DNA of 64,000 nucleotides from Candidatus Bathyarchaeia archaeon (lineage in GTDB: Archaea; Thermoproteota; Bathyarchaeia; Bathyarchaeales; Bathycorpusculaceae): positions 203,691 through 267,690 of the forward strand of contig JAVZNC010000002.1 of NCBI GenBank assembly GCA_038882955.1. Direction: 5' to 3'. The notes below the pieces were generated by a model that saw nothing but the letters and a program-made list of their open reading frames with translations, searched no databases and was not told the DNA's origin. Position numbers and translations under genes: made by a program. This document shows, one piece after another, positions 55,564-64,000 of this stretch (its first letter is position 1; the number at the start of each line of letters is the position of its first letter).

Positions 55564-58001
55564 TGGCTGAAGAAAAGGTGCAGAAACTTGGCGATGTTTC
55601 GGAAGAGGTTCGCATAGGTGTTTATGTTTGCCATTGCGGATTAAACATTGCTGGCTCTGTAGATTGTGAAGAAGTAGCCAAATTCGCCTCTACGCTTCCG
55701 TGTGTTGTTCTTGCCAAGGACTATAGATACACTTGTTCAGATCAAGGGCAAGCCATGATAAAGAACGATGTTAAGGAGCATAGGCTTAACCGTGTTGTTG
55801 TAGCCTCTTGTTCGCCGCGTCTTCATGAACCAACATTCCGCAAGGTTTGCGAAGAAGCTGGGCTAAACAAGTATCTTTTTGAGATGGCGAACATACGTGA
55901 GCATTGCAGTTGGGTTCACTTGTATGATCGTGAGGCTGCCACCGAAAAAGCTAAAGATTTGGTTAAAATGGCTGTTGCAAAGGCTGCTCTGCTTCAACCC
56001 TTTGAGGAAATTGAGGTTCCAATACTTCGAAAGGCGTTAATTATTGGTGGCGGTGTTGCTGGAATTCAAGCTGCCCTAGACCTCGCAGACACTGGTTATG
56101 AGGTTTATCTTGTTGAGAAAGAGCCTAGCATCGGCGGGATGATGGCGCGAATAGACAAGACATTTCCAACAATGGACTGTTCGATCTGCATTCTTGCGCC
56201 CAAGATGTCGGATGTGGGGCATCACCCGAACATTGAACTTTTAACTAACAGCGAAGTCGTAGAGGTGAAAGGCTACATTGGCAATTTTCACGTAAAAATA
56301 CTGAAAAAACCCAGATATGTCACGAAGGACTGTTCTGCATGTGGCGAATGCACAAAAGTTTGTCCAGTCACAGCCCCAAACGAGTTCGACGCAGGCTTAG
56401 CCATGAGACACGCAATTTTCACTCCTTTTGCACAAGCAGTTCCAGCCACTTACATAATAGACATGAACCTCTGCCTCAACAAGGAAGGCATAATCGTCTG
56501 CGACAAATGCATACGAGCATGCGAAAGGCAAGCCATAACCTTTGACATGAAACCAGAAACAGTAGAAATAGACGTTGGCACCATAATCGTGGCGACAGGC
56601 GCAGACGTTTTTGACCCTTCAACATTACCAAATTATGGATACGGGAAATCCCCAAACGTCATAACTTCACTGGAATTTGAAAGACTCATTAACGCTGGCG
56701 GGCCCTCTGGCGGACACCTAATAAGGCCAAGCGACAAGCAAATACCAAAGCGCGTGGCATTCGTCCAATGCGTAGGCTCCCGCTCCAACAGAAGCGAAAG
56801 GCAGTATTGCAGCAACGTCTGCTGCATGAACACTATTAAGGACAGCCTCCTAATCAAAGAACATTGGCCCGAAACAGAAATCTACGTCTCCTATGTTGAC
56901 ATAAGGGCTTATGGCAAGGGATTCGAAGACCTTTACAGACGGGCGAGAGAAGAAGGCGTCAAATTCATACGCGGATTACCCGCAGAAATAATTGAAGATA
57001 AGAAAACGCATAACTTGTGGCTTGTAGGCGAAAATACGCTGCAAAAAGAGCTATACAAAATAAATGTTGACATGGTGATATTGTCGGTTGGCTTGGAACC
57101 GCGAAAAGACAGCGAAATGATACAGCGGCTACTCACCCTCTCCCGAACACAATACGGATTCTTCATGGAGGCGCATCCAAAACTAAGACCAGTGGACGCT
57201 GCAACTGGCGGCATATTTTTTGCCGGATGCGCTGAAGCGCCTAAAGACATAAAAGACAGCGTGACGCAAGCAAGCGCCGCTGCGGCTAGAGCTGGAATTT
57301 TGATGGCTAAGGGCAAAATAGCTGTTGAGGCGATAACGCCTATAACTTTTCCAGAAAAATGCAAAGCTTGTGGACTCTGCACAAAAGTTTGTCCCTACAA
57401 CGCTTTAACTTTAAATAAAGAGTTGAAGCGTGTAGAAGTGATAGAGGCGGCTTGCGGCGGTTGCGGAACATGCGCAGCCGAATGCCCATTCGAAGCCTTA
57501 ACCCAAAAACACTTCACAGACGAACAGATTCTTGCGCAAATAGACGCCGTAACGGAACATGACGCACATAAGAAGATTGTTGCTTTCTGCTGCAACTGGT
57601 GCGCCTATGCGGGCGCGGACTTCGCTGGAGTAAGCAGAATGCAATATCCGCCAAGTGTCCGAATAATAAGAACCATGTGTTCTGGGCGGGTTTCACCAAA
57701 ATTCATTGAAAGAGCCTTTGCAAGGGGCGCTGCAGCGGTGCTTGTTGCTGGTTGTCATCCAGGAGATTGCCATTACATAAACGCCAACTACCAAACGCAG
57801 AAGCGTGTGGATCGCTTCTGGAAAAGAATGGAACAGCTAGGATTGAATAAGGAGAGACTTCAACTTTTGTGGGCTTCTGCGGCGGAAGGCGAAAGAATTG
57901 CCTCAAAAATTCGTGAGATGCACAAGATGATAGAGAGCATTCCGTTTGAAGAAATAGAACGTTCCAAAAAGGCTTTTGAAAAAGCTTTTGGAGGAAATTA
58001 A
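55563..58001 (+). CDS. hdrA: Heterodisulfide reductase subunit A-like flavoprotein fused to a C-terminal MvhD-like domain.
   Basis: VYVCHCGLNIAG; IIGGGVAGIQAALDLA; FPTMDCSICIL; FVQCVGSRS..YCSNVCCM. Ferredoxin motifs CSACGECTKVCP, CKACGLCTKVCP and CGGCGTCAAECP. The C-terminus is FCCNWCAY..MCSGRV..AGCHPGDCHY. The ATG overlaps the upstream stop (TGATG). Confidence 0.85.
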   Translation: MAEEKVQKLGDVSEEVRIGVYVCHCGLNIAGSVDCEEVAKFASTLPCVVLAKDYRYTCSDQGQAMIKNDVKEHRLNRVVVASCSPRLHEPTFRKVCEEAGLNKYLFEMANIREHCSWVHLYDREAATEKAKDLVKMAVAKAALLQPFEEIEVPILRKALIIGGGVAGIQAALDLADTGYEVYLVEKEPSIGGMMARIDKTFPTMDCSICILAPKMSDVGHHPNIELLTNSEVVEVKGYIGNFHVKILKKPRYVTKDCSACGECTKVCPVTAPNEFDAGLAMRHAIFTPFAQAVPATYIIDMNLCLNKEGIIVCDKCIRACERQAITFDMKPETVEIDVGTIIVATGADVFDPSTLPNYGYGKSPNVITSLEFERLINAGGPSGGHLIRPSDKQIPKRVAFVQCVGSRSNRSERQYCSNVCCMNTIKDSLLIKEHWPETEIYVSYVDIRAYGKGFEDLYRRAREEGVKFIRGLPAEIIEDKKTHNLWLVGENTLQKELYKINVDMVILSVGLEPRKDSEMIQRLLTLSRTQYGFFMEAHPKLRPVDAATGGIFFAGCAEAPKDIKDSVTQASAAAARAGILMAKGKIAVEAITPITFPEKCKACGLCTKVCPYNALTLNKELKRVEVIEAACGGCGTCAAECPFEALTQKHFTDEQILAQIDAVTEHDAHKKIVAFCCNWCAYAGADFAGVSRMQYPPSVRIIRTMCSGRVSPKFIERAFARGAAAVLVAGCHPGDCHYINANYQTQKRVDRFWKRMEQLGLNKERLQLLWASAAEGERIASKIREMHKMIESIPFEEIERSKKAFEKAFGGN

Positions 58002-58004
58002 AGC

Positions 58005-58295
58005 ATGCCAGAAAGAATTTGGCGTAAACCCCTTGACAGCGAGAAAGCAAAGCCACTGAAAGCAGAAATTCACATAATTCGCGACCAGTGTAAAGGCTGC
58101 GGCTTCTGCATTCAATACTGCCCCCAAAAAGTTTTGGAAGAATCAAATGATATTAATGCGCGTGGGGTTCACCCGCCAAGGGTTGTTAACGAAAGCAAAT
58201 GTGTTTTGTGCAGTTTTTGCACATCGGTTTGTCCAGATTTCGCCATATTCGTGATCGAAAAGAAGGAGCGAGAAGAAAATGTCAAGCATAATTAA
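58005..58295 (+). CDS. korD: 2-oxoacid:ferredoxin oxidoreductase delta subunit (2x[4Fe-4S] ferredoxin).
   Basis: CKGCGFCIQYCP and CVLCSFCTSVCP. It begins 3 nt after the hdrA stop. Confidence 0.8.
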   Translation: MPERIWRKPLDSEKAKPLKAEIHIIRDQCKGCGFCIQYCPQKVLEESNDINARGVHPPRVVNESKCVLCSFCTSVCPDFAIFVIEKKEREENVKHN

Positions 58296-59442
58296 AAAGA
58301 AGGCCATACTGACGGGCGCCCACTTCATGAACGGCGACTTTGCATGTGCAGAAGGAGCAATAGTAGCGGGCTGCAGATTCTTTGCGGGATACCCTATCAC
58401 TCCAGCAACGGAAATTGCCGAGCGTCTTGCGGAAAGAATGCCAGAAGTAGGCGGAATCTACATTCAAATGGAAGACGAAATTGCATCAATTGCGGCGGTT
58501 ATAGGCGCTTCCTATGCTGGATTAAAAGCCATGACCGCTACTTCTGGGCCGGGCTTTAGCCTAATGCAAGAGAACATCGGTTTGGCTGTTATGACGGAAA
58601 CTCCGTGCGTAATCGTTGATGTTATGCGTGGCGGACCAAGTACGGGACAGCCGACGATGCCGGGGCAGCAGGATGTTATGCAAGCTAAGTGGGGTTCTCA
58701 TGGAGATTACGAAATTATTGCTTTGTCGCCTTCCTCTGTTCAGGAAATGTTTGATTTGACGGTTGAAGCTTTTAACTTGTCCGAGATTTATCGTGTCCCA
58801 ACGATATTGTTGGCTGATGAGGTTGTTGGGCATATGTGGGAAAAAGTGGTTATTCCACCGCCTGAAAATTTGAGAATTGTTAATCGTAAAAAGCCAAATG
58901 TTCCGCCAGAAAAGTATTTTCCATTCATGCCCGACGACGACCTTGTTCCGCCTATGGCATGTTTCGGAGAGGGTTTCGCTTTTCACGCTACTGGTTTGAC
59001 ACATGATGAGCATGGTTACCCGCAAACGCAGAGTTCAGAAGTTCAAGAACGACTTGTTAAGAGGCTCTGCGACAAGATACGAAAGAACGTGGACAAAATA
59101 GTGAAGGTTGAAGAGGTTATGCTTGAGGACGCGGACGTTGTGGTTGTTGCCTACGGCATAGTTGCAAGAGCCGCTTTAAGCGCCGTTAGAAAGGCTAGGG
59201 CAGAGGGCATAAAGGCTGGACTTCTCCGTCCAATCACATTGTGGCCGTTCCCAGAAAAGCATGTAGGAAAAGCCGCGGAAAAAGCGAAGAAAATAGTTGT
59301 TGCAGAAATGAACTGTGGTCAACTCTTACGCGAGGTTCAAAGAGCAGCTAAAGAAACTCCAGTTGTTTTCCTTACGAAACTGGGTGAAGAACCACATACG
59401 CCTATGGAAATTTTGGAGGCAATTAGGAGGAACAATAAATGA
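58279..59442 (+). CDS. korA: 2-oxoacid (likely 2-oxoglutarate):ferredoxin oxidoreductase alpha subunit.
   Basis: NGDFACAEGAIVAGCRFFAGYPITPATEI, TATSGPGFSLM. 387 aa. Confidence 0.85.
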   Translation: MSSIIKKKAILTGAHFMNGDFACAEGAIVAGCRFFAGYPITPATEIAERLAERMPEVGGIYIQMEDEIASIAAVIGASYAGLKAMTATSGPGFSLMQENIGLAVMTETPCVIVDVMRGGPSTGQPTMPGQQDVMQAKWGSHGDYEIIALSPSSVQEMFDLTVEAFNLSEIYRVPTILLADEVVGHMWEKVVIPPPENLRIVNRKKPNVPPEKYFPFMPDDDLVPPMACFGEGFAFHATGLTHDEHGYPQTQSSEVQERLVKRLCDKIRKNVDKIVKVEEVMLEDADVVVVAYGIVARAALSAVRKARAEGIKAGLLRPITLWPFPEKHVGKAAEKAKKIVVAEMNCGQLLREVQRAAKETPVVFLTKLGEEPHTPMEILEAIRRNNK

Positions 59443-60278
59443 CAACGGAGGTTGAACATCCGCTCTCACGGTATTTGCGAAAGGCTATGATGCCTCACAT
59501 ATGGTGTTCTGGATGTGGCAACGGCATAATCCTCAACTGCTTCGTTCACGCAGTGGATGAGCTGCAAATGGACATGGACAAGCTTGTGGTTGTTTCTGGA
59601 ATTGGCTGTATTGGGCGTGCAGCGGGCTACATAAACACAAATTCCTTCCACACAACACACGGTCGCCCAATAGCTTTTGCTACTGGAGTGAAACTTGCTA
59701 ACCCAAACCTTGAAGTAGTCGTCATAAGTGGCGACGGCGACCTCTTCGCAATTGGTGGAAACCACTTCATACATGCAGCGCGGAGAAACATAGGGATAAA
59801 GGTGATCTGCGCAAACAACTTCAATTATGGAATGACTGGTGGACAACAGGGACCAACAACACCACTTGAAGCAATTACAACAACAACGCCTTATGGAAAC
59901 ATTGAGCATCCATTCAACCTTGTTCACCTCGCTGCGGCTTCTGGGGCAACGTATGTGGCCAGGTGGACAACGCTTCATGTGCGCAGGTTGACGCAGTCAA
60001 TTAAGAGGCTCTTGCAGAAGGATGGCTTCGGCTTTATTGAAGTTGTTTCGCCATGTCCCGAAATTTATGGTCGGCACAACAAGATGAGAACTGGACTTGA
60101 AATGATGGAGTGGTTTAGAAGAAGCTCCGTGGTGGAAAACTTTTCCGATCCTGCGAAGGCTGAAATTACTCCGCAAAGGATAGTTGTTGGAGAATTTATG
60201 AACATAGATAAGATAAGTTATGAGAGATTTCTCCATGAGAAGATAGCGCATATAAATGAGGAGAAAATGTGGCGGTGA
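59439..60278 (+). CDS. korB: 2-oxoacid:ferredoxin oxidoreductase beta subunit (TPP/FeS).
   Basis: WCSGCGNGI, SGIGC, GDGD TPP motif. ATGA overlap with korA. Confidence 0.85.
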   Translation: MTTEVEHPLSRYLRKAMMPHIWCSGCGNGIILNCFVHAVDELQMDMDKLVVVSGIGCIGRAAGYINTNSFHTTHGRPIAFATGVKLANPNLEVVVISGDGDLFAIGGNHFIHAARRNIGIKVICANNFNYGMTGGQQGPTTPLEAITTTTPYGNIEHPFNLVHLAAASGATYVARWTTLHVRRLTQSIKRLLQKDGFGFIEVVSPCPEIYGRHNKMRTGLEMMEWFRRSSVVENFSDPAKAEITPQRIVVGEFMNIDKISYERFLHEKIAHINEEKMWR

Positions 60279-60285
60279 TTTAAAT

Positions 60286-60831
60286 ATGCGAGTTGAAGTT
60301 AGATTTGCAGGTTTCGGCGGTCAAGGCATAATAAAATCTGGCATAATTGTGGCGTCAGCTGCATGTATTTACGGCGGAAAAAACGCCGTCCAAACACAGT
60401 CTTATGGTCCAGAATCTAGGGGTGGCGCTTGCAAATCCGAAGTTGTCATAGCCGAAGAGGACATCGATTTTCCCAAAGTTGTTGAACCAGACGTGTTGGT
60501 TGTGATGTCTCAACACGCCTACAACGAGTATGCGGAAAACGTTAAAGCTGGTGGAACAATACTTTTAGATCCAGACATGATCCCCCACGAGAGAGATTTA
60601 CGTGGCGTAAAGGTTTTTCGTGTACCAGCAACGCGAATTGCTGAAGAACTTGGCAGAAAAATTGTTGCCAACATAGTTATGCTTGGCGCTTTTGCGTCAA
60701 TCACCAAACTTATTGATAAGGACGCTGTGAAAAGCGCCATTAAAGACAATGTGCCCAAAGGAACTGAAGAGTTAAATCTCAACGCTTTCGAAATGGGTTA
60801 TAATTATGGAGAAAACCTTCTGAAAAGCTAG
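60286..60831 (+). CDS. korC: 2-oxoacid:ferredoxin oxidoreductase gamma subunit.
   Basis: VRFAGFGGQGIIKSG, QSYGPESRGG. The ATG is 7 nt after the korB stop. Confidence 0.8.
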   Translation: MRVEVRFAGFGGQGIIKSGIIVASAACIYGGKNAVQTQSYGPESRGGACKSEVVIAEEDIDFPKVVEPDVLVVMSQHAYNEYAENVKAGGTILLDPDMIPHERDLRGVKVFRVPATRIAEELGRKIVANIVMLGAFASITKLIDKDAVKSAIKDNVPKGTEELNLNAFEMGYNYGENLLKS

Positions 60832-60832
60832 T

Positions 60833-61474
60833 TTATCCAGCTTTCTGCGTTTGCGGTTGCGCCACTTGGGTCACTAGCTTTGATTTTCTTATGCCCACGT
60901 GCCTTAGTGGAATAACTTTTTTCGCTTCGTTGTATATGTCTGACGCTATTTTCCCAAGAACTATTTCTTGAGCAAACTGGTCTAATGTTAGGTTTGCAGC
61001 TTTCTCATTAATTATTTTCTCCATTATTGTTCTAACGGCTTTTTCTTGTGATGTTTTGATTCTTGAAAGCGTAAAGGCGGATGCTGCTAGACGTAGTTTG
61101 TATCCGTCCTTTGTTGTAACGTTAAATATTCCATCAACCTTCGTGGTTCTTCTTCTAACGAGGCTGCGTAGATAGTCCCTTGCGTACTCGTGCCCCTTAA
61201 ACATGGTTTTGGCTGTTTTCCCATCAACTTCTGTTATCTGGAAGTACATTTTCAAGTATTGATGTGCAAAATCGTTTGTGATATCATAAAGTGTCGAATC
61301 GATAACCCTTCCTATGAGTTTTTCTGGTTCGTCTGCTGGCACCGTGCCTAACTCTACGTTTCCAAAGTACGGTGGCGCTAACACGGTGTACCATGCTTTG
61401 CTTCGCCACTTATCCCGAACTTTCTTTGTTTTTGTTGACAAGCCAATCCTCCGTGTTGTAGCTTTGAAATTCAC
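60833..61474 (-). CDS. rps3ae: Ribosomal protein S3Ae (eS1).
   Basis: KVRDKWRSKAWYTVLAPPYFG, plus typical length. Confidence 0.9.
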   Translation of the reverse strand: MNFKATTRRIGLSTKTKKVRDKWRSKAWYTVLAPPYFGNVELGTVPADEPEKLIGRVIDSTLYDITNDFAHQYLKMYFQITEVDGKTAKTMFKGHEYARDYLRSLVRRRTTKVDGIFNVTTKDGYKLRLAASAFTLSRIKTSQEKAVRTIMEKIINEKAANLTLDQFAQEIVLGKIASDIYNEAKKVIPLRHVGIRKSKLVTQVAQPQTQKAG

Positions 61475-61492
61475 ATCAAAGTATTAAAAGCT

Positions 61493-62782
61493 TTACCGTT
61501 TAGCTTCTATTTTCTCTATGCCGCCCATGTACCTTCTTAAAACTTCTGGAACTATAACCGACCCGTCTTCTTGCTGGTAATTTTCAAGTATGGCAACCAT
61601 GGTTCTGCCAGTGGCTATGGCTGTTGAATTCAACGTGTGAACAAACCCCTTTGGTGGAGCGCCTTCTTTTTCTCTATACTTTATGTTTAGTCTCCTAGCC
61701 TGATAATCCGTGCAGTTGCTGCATGAGACTATTTCTCTGTAGGCGTTTTGCGCGGGCATCCACGCCTCTAAATCATACTTTTTCGCGGCAACTGTTCCGA
61801 TGTCTCCAGTGCAAACGTTTACCACGCGGTAGGGCAACCCAAGTTTTTGAATGATTTCTTCCGCGTTTCTTATGAGTTCTTCATGCATCTTCCACGAGTC
61901 TTCTGGCTTGCAAAATATGAACTGCTCAATCTTGTTGAATTGGTGCGTTCTAAATATTCCTCTAGTGTCCTTGCCATGTGCGCCTGCTTCTTTCCTAAAG
62001 TTTGTGCTTACTCCAACAAACTTTAGCGGTAAATCCTCTTCCTTCAATACTTCGTTCATGTACATGGCTGCTATGGGATGCTCGGAAGTTGCAATCATGT
62101 ACAAGTCTTCATCTTCAACTTTGTATAGGACATCTTCGAAATCGCTTAGCGAAACCACGCCCTCATAAGGTTTTCTTCGCATCATGAATGGTGGCTCTAT
62201 TGGCTTATATCCTCTCTTAATCATCTCTTCTAGGGCAAAGTTCATCAGCGCCATGTCCAAAAGTACTCCCTCGTTTTTTAAATAAAAGAATCTGGCACCA
62301 GCGATTTTTCCAGCTCTTTCCACATCCATTATGTCAAGTTTTAGTGCCATGTCGATGTGGTCTCTGACTGGAAAGCTGAACTTGGGTATTTCTCCCCAAG
62401 TTCTTATCGGCACATTATCGTTTTCATCCCTGCCTACTGGCACGCTTTCATGCAAGAGGTTTGGCAGACGCATTAAACAATTGTGCACTTTTTCTTCGTA
62501 ATCCGCTACTTGCTTCTCTATTTTTTCTATCTCTAAATCAATCCTTTTTGCCTTTGCTAGCTCCTTCTCGGCGCTTTCCCCTTTCTTCTTTAATGCTGCA
62601 ATTTGCGTGGTTACAATTCTCCTTTCATGGCGGAGTTCATTCAAGCTCGCTAACAGTTGACGCCACATGCGGTCATAATTAATTAACTCGTCCAGTATCC
62701 TAATGTTTTCTGGGTCTCCCCTCTTCATCAAGTTGTTTTTTACGAATTCTGGTTTTTCACGGATGAATTTAATGTCAAGCAT
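61493..62782 (-). CDS. serS: Seryl-tRNA synthetase.
   Basis: MLDIKFIRE.. coiled-coil tRNA arm. Class II motifs are FRKEAGAHGKDTRGIFRTHQF and GRTMVAILENYQ. Confidence 0.95.
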   Translation of the reverse strand: MLDIKFIREKPEFVKNNLMKRGDPENIRILDELINYDRMWRQLLASLNELRHERRIVTTQIAALKKKGESAEKELAKAKRIDLEIEKIEKQVADYEEKVHNCLMRLPNLLHESVPVGRDENDNVPIRTWGEIPKFSFPVRDHIDMALKLDIMDVERAGKIAGARFFYLKNEGVLLDMALMNFALEEMIKRGYKPIEPPFMMRRKPYEGVVSLSDFEDVLYKVEDEDLYMIATSEHPIAAMYMNEVLKEEDLPLKFVGVSTNFRKEAGAHGKDTRGIFRTHQFNKIEQFIFCKPEDSWKMHEELIRNAEEIIQKLGLPYRVVNVCTGDIGTVAAKKYDLEAWMPAQNAYREIVSCSNCTDYQARRLNIKYREKEGAPPKGFVHTLNSTAIATGRTMVAILENYQQEDGSVIVPEVLRRYMGGIEKIEAKR

Positions 62783-62932
62783 TTTATCACGCAAGACTAT
62801 GGTTATAGCTTCTTTTAGTCTTCTAACTTTACATTTTGAATTAACTATTTAACCTTGCGATATAAATGAGGTGAATATGGGAAAGTGTTTTATCTTCCTA
62901 TTCACAACCATCTTGTTTCTGGTTGGGTGGTT

Positions 62933-63172
62933 ATGCCAACAGCCTTCGTGTTAATTAACGCTGAGCTGGGTTCTGAGGGAAATGTGCTGCAAGAATTGAA
63001 GAAAATCGAAGGAGTTGAGGAAGCGTTCAACGTTTACGGAACCTATGACATTGTTGTAAAAGTGAAGTCTGACACGATGGACAAGCTTAAGGAAATCGTG
63101 ACTTGGCGTATTAGAAGGCTTGACAATGTACGGGCAACATTAACATTGATGGCAGTTGAAGAAACGAAGTAG
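62933..63172 (+). CDS. Stand-alone Lrp/AsnC RAM (ligand-binding) domain protein.
   Basis: 79 aa. AFVLINAE.GSEGNVLQELKKIEGVEEAFNVYGTYDIVVKV shows the beta-alpha-beta-beta-alpha-beta RAM pattern with no HTH. Confidence 0.6.
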   Translation: MPTAFVLINAELGSEGNVLQELKKIEGVEEAFNVYGTYDIVVKVKSDTMDKLKEIVTWRIRRLDNVRATLTLMAVEETK

Positions 63173-63173
63173 A

Positions 63174-63425
63174 CTATCTTTCCTTTTTCCTTAATATTTG
63201 CAAGCTTTTCTCTGCCACAGAAACGCAGGAGAGTAAATCGTCAATTGTGGAGATAAAAGTCTGAAATTTCTCATAGCATTTGATTTTAGTGACAACTTTC
63301 GAATCTTCGCAAAAAGTGTCTACAGTCAAGCCTTTTGGCGTTTTAAAATTGTCTGGCGAAACAGCATTTGCTATAGCACTTGCCACATTGCTGTCGTCGT
63401 ACTCAATTGTTATTTCAGCTTCCAA
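63174..63425 (-). CDS. pcc1: KEOPS complex subunit Pcc1-like.
   Basis: 83 aa. AEITIEYDDSNVASAIANAVSPDN....VVTKIKC..FQTFISTIDDLLSCVSVAEK matches the Pcc1/CTAG pattern. Confidence 0.55.
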   Translation of the reverse strand: MEAEITIEYDDSNVASAIANAVSPDNFKTPKGLTVDTFCEDSKVVTKIKCYEKFQTFISTIDDLLSCVSVAEKSLQILRKKER

Positions 63426-64000
63426 TTTTTTCGCCTTTCAACTGTTTTCCAATAAGTTCATCAACAATTTTAATAAAAACGTCAACATTCGCCATTGGAA
63501 CCTGCGCACCAGCCGCAACATTATGTCCTCCGCCGTTCCCCATGCACTTCTCAGCTGCAATCTGCATTATTTCTCCGAGATTTATGCCCTTATTTACCAT
63601 CATATCTATGGTTCTCGCCGAGAACTTTGCAAGGTTTTCTTCTTCAACGTTTGCGTACGCAATTAAGGGTTTTTCCGGGTTTGGAAGACTTGTCGACAAG
63701 ATTGATGAAACAGCGCCAATTATCTTATCGTCTATAAAATCTTCGCCGTAAACAACGTAAATATTGTCCATTTCGCGCATTCTTTCAGCGGGCTTTTCCA
63801 TAACCCATCCAAGATACTTGCTGATTGTTCCCCTATATTCCTCAAGCACTTTTATCGCGTTTTCAAGGGCTGATCCCCTATCTCCCATACAAATGGAGAC
63901 GCCGAGACTCGGTTTATCCATGCGACCAGTAGCGTTCAGTAATACCGCAAATTCTCTTGCATCTCTGAGGGGCGTCCACGGCTCCTCGTTTTTTAATGTG
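63415..64000 (-). CDS. RecJ-like DHH/DHHA1 phosphoesterase, C-terminal part. The 5' end lies outside the window.
   Basis: DHHA1 signature GNGGGHNVAAGAQV. The frame stays open upstream of the listed Met through base 64000. Confidence 0.75.
   Translation of the reverse strand, partial: TLKNEEPWTPLRDAREFAVLLNATGRMDKPSLGVSICMGDRGSALENAIKVLEEYRGTISKYLGWVMEKPAERMREMDNIYVVYGEDFIDDKIIGAVSSILSTSLPNPEKPLIAYANVEEENLAKFSARTIDMMVNKGINLGEIMQIAAEKCMGNGGGHNVAAGAQVPMANVDVFIKIVDELIGKQLKGEKIGS

Noticed and set aside
55098-58146. Minus-strand ORFs of 142-149 aa inside the gltD-like and hdrA genes.
   Set aside because: They are antisense shadows of genes with strong cofactor-binding motifs.
1-64000. Window-wide scan for CRISPR arrays, rRNA genes, IS elements, transposases, integrases and toxin-antitoxin pairs.
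   Set aside because: No regularly spaced direct repeats, rRNA-like segments, DDE/HUH/tyrosine-recombinase motifs or small paired TA-like ORFs were seen. The lone AbrB-like ORF at 30437-30637 has no adjacent toxin gene.

Overview
This 64-kb window looks like an archaeal chromosome segment of about 42% GC. The gene content and synteny suggest a TACK/Bathyarchaeia-like lineage, which is inference only.

Coding density is high and most of the content is core housekeeping:
- Replisome genes: priS-gins51, gins23-mcm, rfcS-rfcL and a RecJ-like DHH protein.
- The conserved L44e-S27e-eIF2alpha-Nop10-PAC2 cluster, plus S3Ae, SerRS, RpoP, Alba and Pcc1.
- Wyosine and tRNA modification genes: Taw1, a Trm5/Taw2-family gene and Trm112.
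- Three tRNA genes, two of which carry introns.
- Two cell-envelope and glycosylation loci. One has GT4 glycosyltransferases, methyltransferases, a GT-C-like membrane protein and an archaeosortase. The other has WecB, GlmM, a GlmU-like gene, a UDP-sugar dehydrogenase and a Gfo/Idh/MocA oxidoreductase.
- Two large secreted surface proteins.
- A strong nitrogen/2-oxoglutarate theme: two GDH paralogs, a stand-alone GltB-like FMN protein, GS with a divergent Lrp, GuaA, an amine-dehydrogenase-like protein and a GltD-like protein.

I found no CRISPR array, rRNA or recognisable transposase.

Most interesting items:
1. A tightly coupled six-gene operon (54115-60831). It joins an HdrC-domain::GltD fusion and an HdrA::MvhD fusion directly to a four-subunit 2-oxoacid:ferredoxin oxidoreductase, with no HdrB. 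This is a candidate undescribed flavin-based electron-bifurcating module.
2. A divergent glutamate island (15.6-23.4 kb) sitting between gins23-mcm and rfcS-rfcL. It holds a GDH with a novel tandem-repeat N-terminal extension, a KaiC-like protein with an eroded P-loop, and a 652-aa RHH...Cys-triad orphan. Three of its intergenic regions share paired ATGNACAT boxes.
3. A translin-EndoV-HD(YhaM-like)-tRNA-binding-OB operon.
4. A tRNA-Leu(UAA) with an insertion of about 35 nt in the D-loop.

All functional calls come from motif recognition by eye. No database search was run.
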